Source: a virus (lineage: Duplodnaviria; Caudoviricetes). From it: 26,340 nucleotides of DNA. Where the stretch lies: positions 1-26,340 of the IMG/VR virus record IMGVR_UViG_3300032272_000062. One strand, given 5' to 3'. Each line of letters opens with the position of its first letter. Position 1 is the first letter of the stretch. Shown here one piece after another: positions 24,903 to 26,340 of this stretch. The notes beneath the pieces were generated by a model, which saw only the letters and a list, made by a program, of their open reading frames with translations, ran no database searches and was not told the origin of the DNA. The translations under genes were made by a program, and so were the position numbers.

Positions 24903-25381
24903 TGCACAACTTCAACAGTAACACGGAGAACAAAGCTGAATGGCTAACCCCGCCATACGTAGTAGAAGCGCTTGGGGAGTTTGACCTTGACCCTTGCGCA
25001 CCTGAAGAACATAAAGCTCCTTGGTCACTAGCTGCTCACAACTTTAGTGTAGCTGATGACGGTTTGCACCAACGTTGGGAGGGTAGAGTATGGTGCAACC
25101 CTCCTTACGGGAGAGAGACGTTCAAATGGCTATCAAAGTTGAGCCGACACGGTAATGGCATAGCACTTATTTTCGCAAGGACAGAGACGAAAGGGTTCCA
25201 CGAAGTTGTATTCAAGCAAGCCGATGCAGTATTCTTTTTTGAGGGTAGACTCAAATTCTACCACGTTGATGGCACCCAAGGAGATAGTGCTAATGCACCA
25301 TCGTGCTTAGTAGCTTACGGTAGGCCCAACGTAGACTCAATAGAACATTCAAACCTAAAAGGTCATTTGGTGAGAATATGA
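24902..25381 (+). CDS. Phage DNA N6-adenine methyltransferase (small phage Dam family)
   Basis: EWLTP, FDLDPCA, DGL...W.GRVWCNPPYG, ARTET and GRLKF motifs; TAAGGAG SD. Confidence 0.9.
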   Translation: MHNFNSNTENKAEWLTPPYVVEALGEFDLDPCAPEEHKAPWSLAAHNFSVADDGLHQRWEGRVWCNPPYGRETFKWLSKLSRHGNGIALIFARTETKGFHEVVFKQADAVFFFEGRLKFYHVDGTQGDSANAPSCLVAYGRPNVDSIEHSNLKGHLVRI

Positions 25382-26109
25382 TGAATCAACCAGCGTGGTC
25401 TTGGTCCACATACGAAAAATCAACAATGTGCTGGAGACAGCTGTGGTACGTCAAGCACGCGCCAAATGGCGTCAAAGTCAAGGATGACTACAGTGGTGCA
25501 GCTGCTGAAGAGGGTACGAGAGTCCACGAAATGTTTGAGATGCGCGTTAAATGTATGCGCCCAATCCCACGGGACTATCTGAAATCTAGTTCAGCAGAGC
25601 TGTACGACAAGCACGAGAAGTTCTTCAAGGCTATTGATAAGATACGACAGCAGAAGAAGGGCAAGATACTGCCAGAATGTGATCTAACCTTTCGGCAGGA
25701 CTGGTCAGAGACTCACTGGAAGGACTACAACAACGCGTGGCTGCGTGCTGGTGTTGACCTGCTCATTATGTCAGACACTCACGCCATTGTGTGGGACTAC
25801 AAAAACGGTAGCTCCAGGTGGGTTGAGGATATGCAGCTGAAGCTTTACGCCCTGGCAATCTTCAAAAAGTGGCCCAAGATACAGTCAGTCAAGGCAGGGT
25901 TCTACTGGGTACAGACTGGTGGCAGGGATATGATCACTGTTGACAGATCTGAAATGAAAGCCATTGAGCAGTTCTTCCACGACGACTTTCTTGACGAGCG
26001 TGACGAGTACCTTGCAGAGTATGAAGGACGACCCTGGCCCGCGACTGCGAAGCAAGACTGGGTGTGTAAGAATTGCCCTGCGAAGGACAAGTGTGAGGAT
26101 AAGATATGA
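25378..26109 (+). CDS. PD-(D/E)XK Cas4/AddB-like exonuclease
   Basis: WS.S.....C, GT.VH..FE, VD....D.K.G, QLKLYA and C-terminal CKNCP....C (four Cys, Fe-S staple pattern). Confidence 0.88.
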   Translation: MMNQPAWSWSTYEKSTMCWRQLWYVKHAPNGVKVKDDYSGAAAEEGTRVHEMFEMRVKCMRPIPRDYLKSSSAELYDKHEKFFKAIDKIRQQKKGKILPECDLTFRQDWSETHWKDYNNAWLRAGVDLLIMSDTHAIVWDYKNGSSRWVEDMQLKLYALAIFKKWPKIQSVKAGFYWVQTGGRDMITVDRSEMKAIEQFFHDDFLDERDEYLAEYEGRPWPATAKQDWVCKNCPAKDKCEDKI

Positions 26110-26340
26110 CCTGCGGGCATTGTAAAGTTGTTCATCCTTTAGATGATCGGATAGAAGAACTGAAGCAACAGCTGTACGGCATTACTACTAACCCTTGTTT
26201 TTACTACAACTTGGATATGTATAAAGACGCAGCTAATGTACACAAAATGTATAAGCTACTGATAAAGGAGCGCCAACAAAGCATAGAAGCCGAGAGCTTC
26301 GGCATCCACGAAGTAAGTATGCAGATGCCAATGGTGTTTA
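26106..26340 (+). CDS. Hypothetical protein, partial (runs off the right edge)
   Basis: ATGA overlap and GAGGA SD. MTCGHCKVVHPLDDRIEELKQQLYG... is open to the edge. Confidence 0.6.
   Translation, partial: MTCGHCKVVHPLDDRIEELKQQLYGITTNPCFYYNLDMYKDAANVHKMYKLLIKERQQSIEAESFGIHEVSMQMPMVF

Noticed and set aside
25378-26109. CRISPR-Cas system suggested by the Cas4-like nuclease
   Set aside because: No repeat-spacer array or other cas genes are present. Solo Cas4-like exonucleases are routine in phage replication modules.
17708-26135. Minus-strand ORFs in the early arm (e.g. 17766..18059, 19906..20334, 22776..23171, 24509..24907)
   Set aside because: They are antisense to a contiguous, overlap-coupled plus-strand operon.
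26286-26303. Small alternative hairpins in GAAGCCGAGAGCTTCGGC
   Set aside because: The stems are only 5 bp, lie inside an open reading frame and have no U tract.
1-26340. Diversity-generating retroelement, as in BPP-1 whose head genes these resemble
   Set aside because: No reverse transcriptase and no TR/VR pair differing at adenines was seen. Tail fibre genes are not in the window.

Overview
Fragment of a tailed dsDNA phage with podovirus architecture. The virion module is of the T7/BPP-1/epsilon15 type, and no phage RNA polymerase, integrase, tRNA or CRISPR array is visible in the window. There are two divergent arms. The minus strand (16193 to <1) is the late operon: TerS, a coupled 22-aa membrane micro-ORF, TerL, a permuted NlpC/P60-like protein, portal, Bbp19-like protein, scaffold, major capsid, two paralogous small capsid-associated proteins, tail tubular A and B, and four probable internal virion (ejection) proteins. 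The plus strand (17241 to >26340) is the early/replication arm: an acidic first gene, a full-length DNA polymerase III beta clamp, many small overlapping ORFs, a PAPS-reductase-like PP-loop protein, a DUF6378-like protein with zinc ribbons, a family A DNA polymerase with atypical motif B/C residues, an N6-adenine methyltransferase and a Cas4-like nuclease. The roughly 1-kb AT-rich region between the arms is rich in structure: a 16-bp palindrome ATACCCCCGGGGGTAT, a 19/20 inverted repeat, two IHF-consensus sites and two promoters. It also holds a late-strand hairpin RNA whose loop is complementary to the extended Shine-Dalgarno sequence shared by the first two early genes, which is a candidate antisense early-to-late switch. 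All family assignments come from motif recognition by eye; no searches were run.
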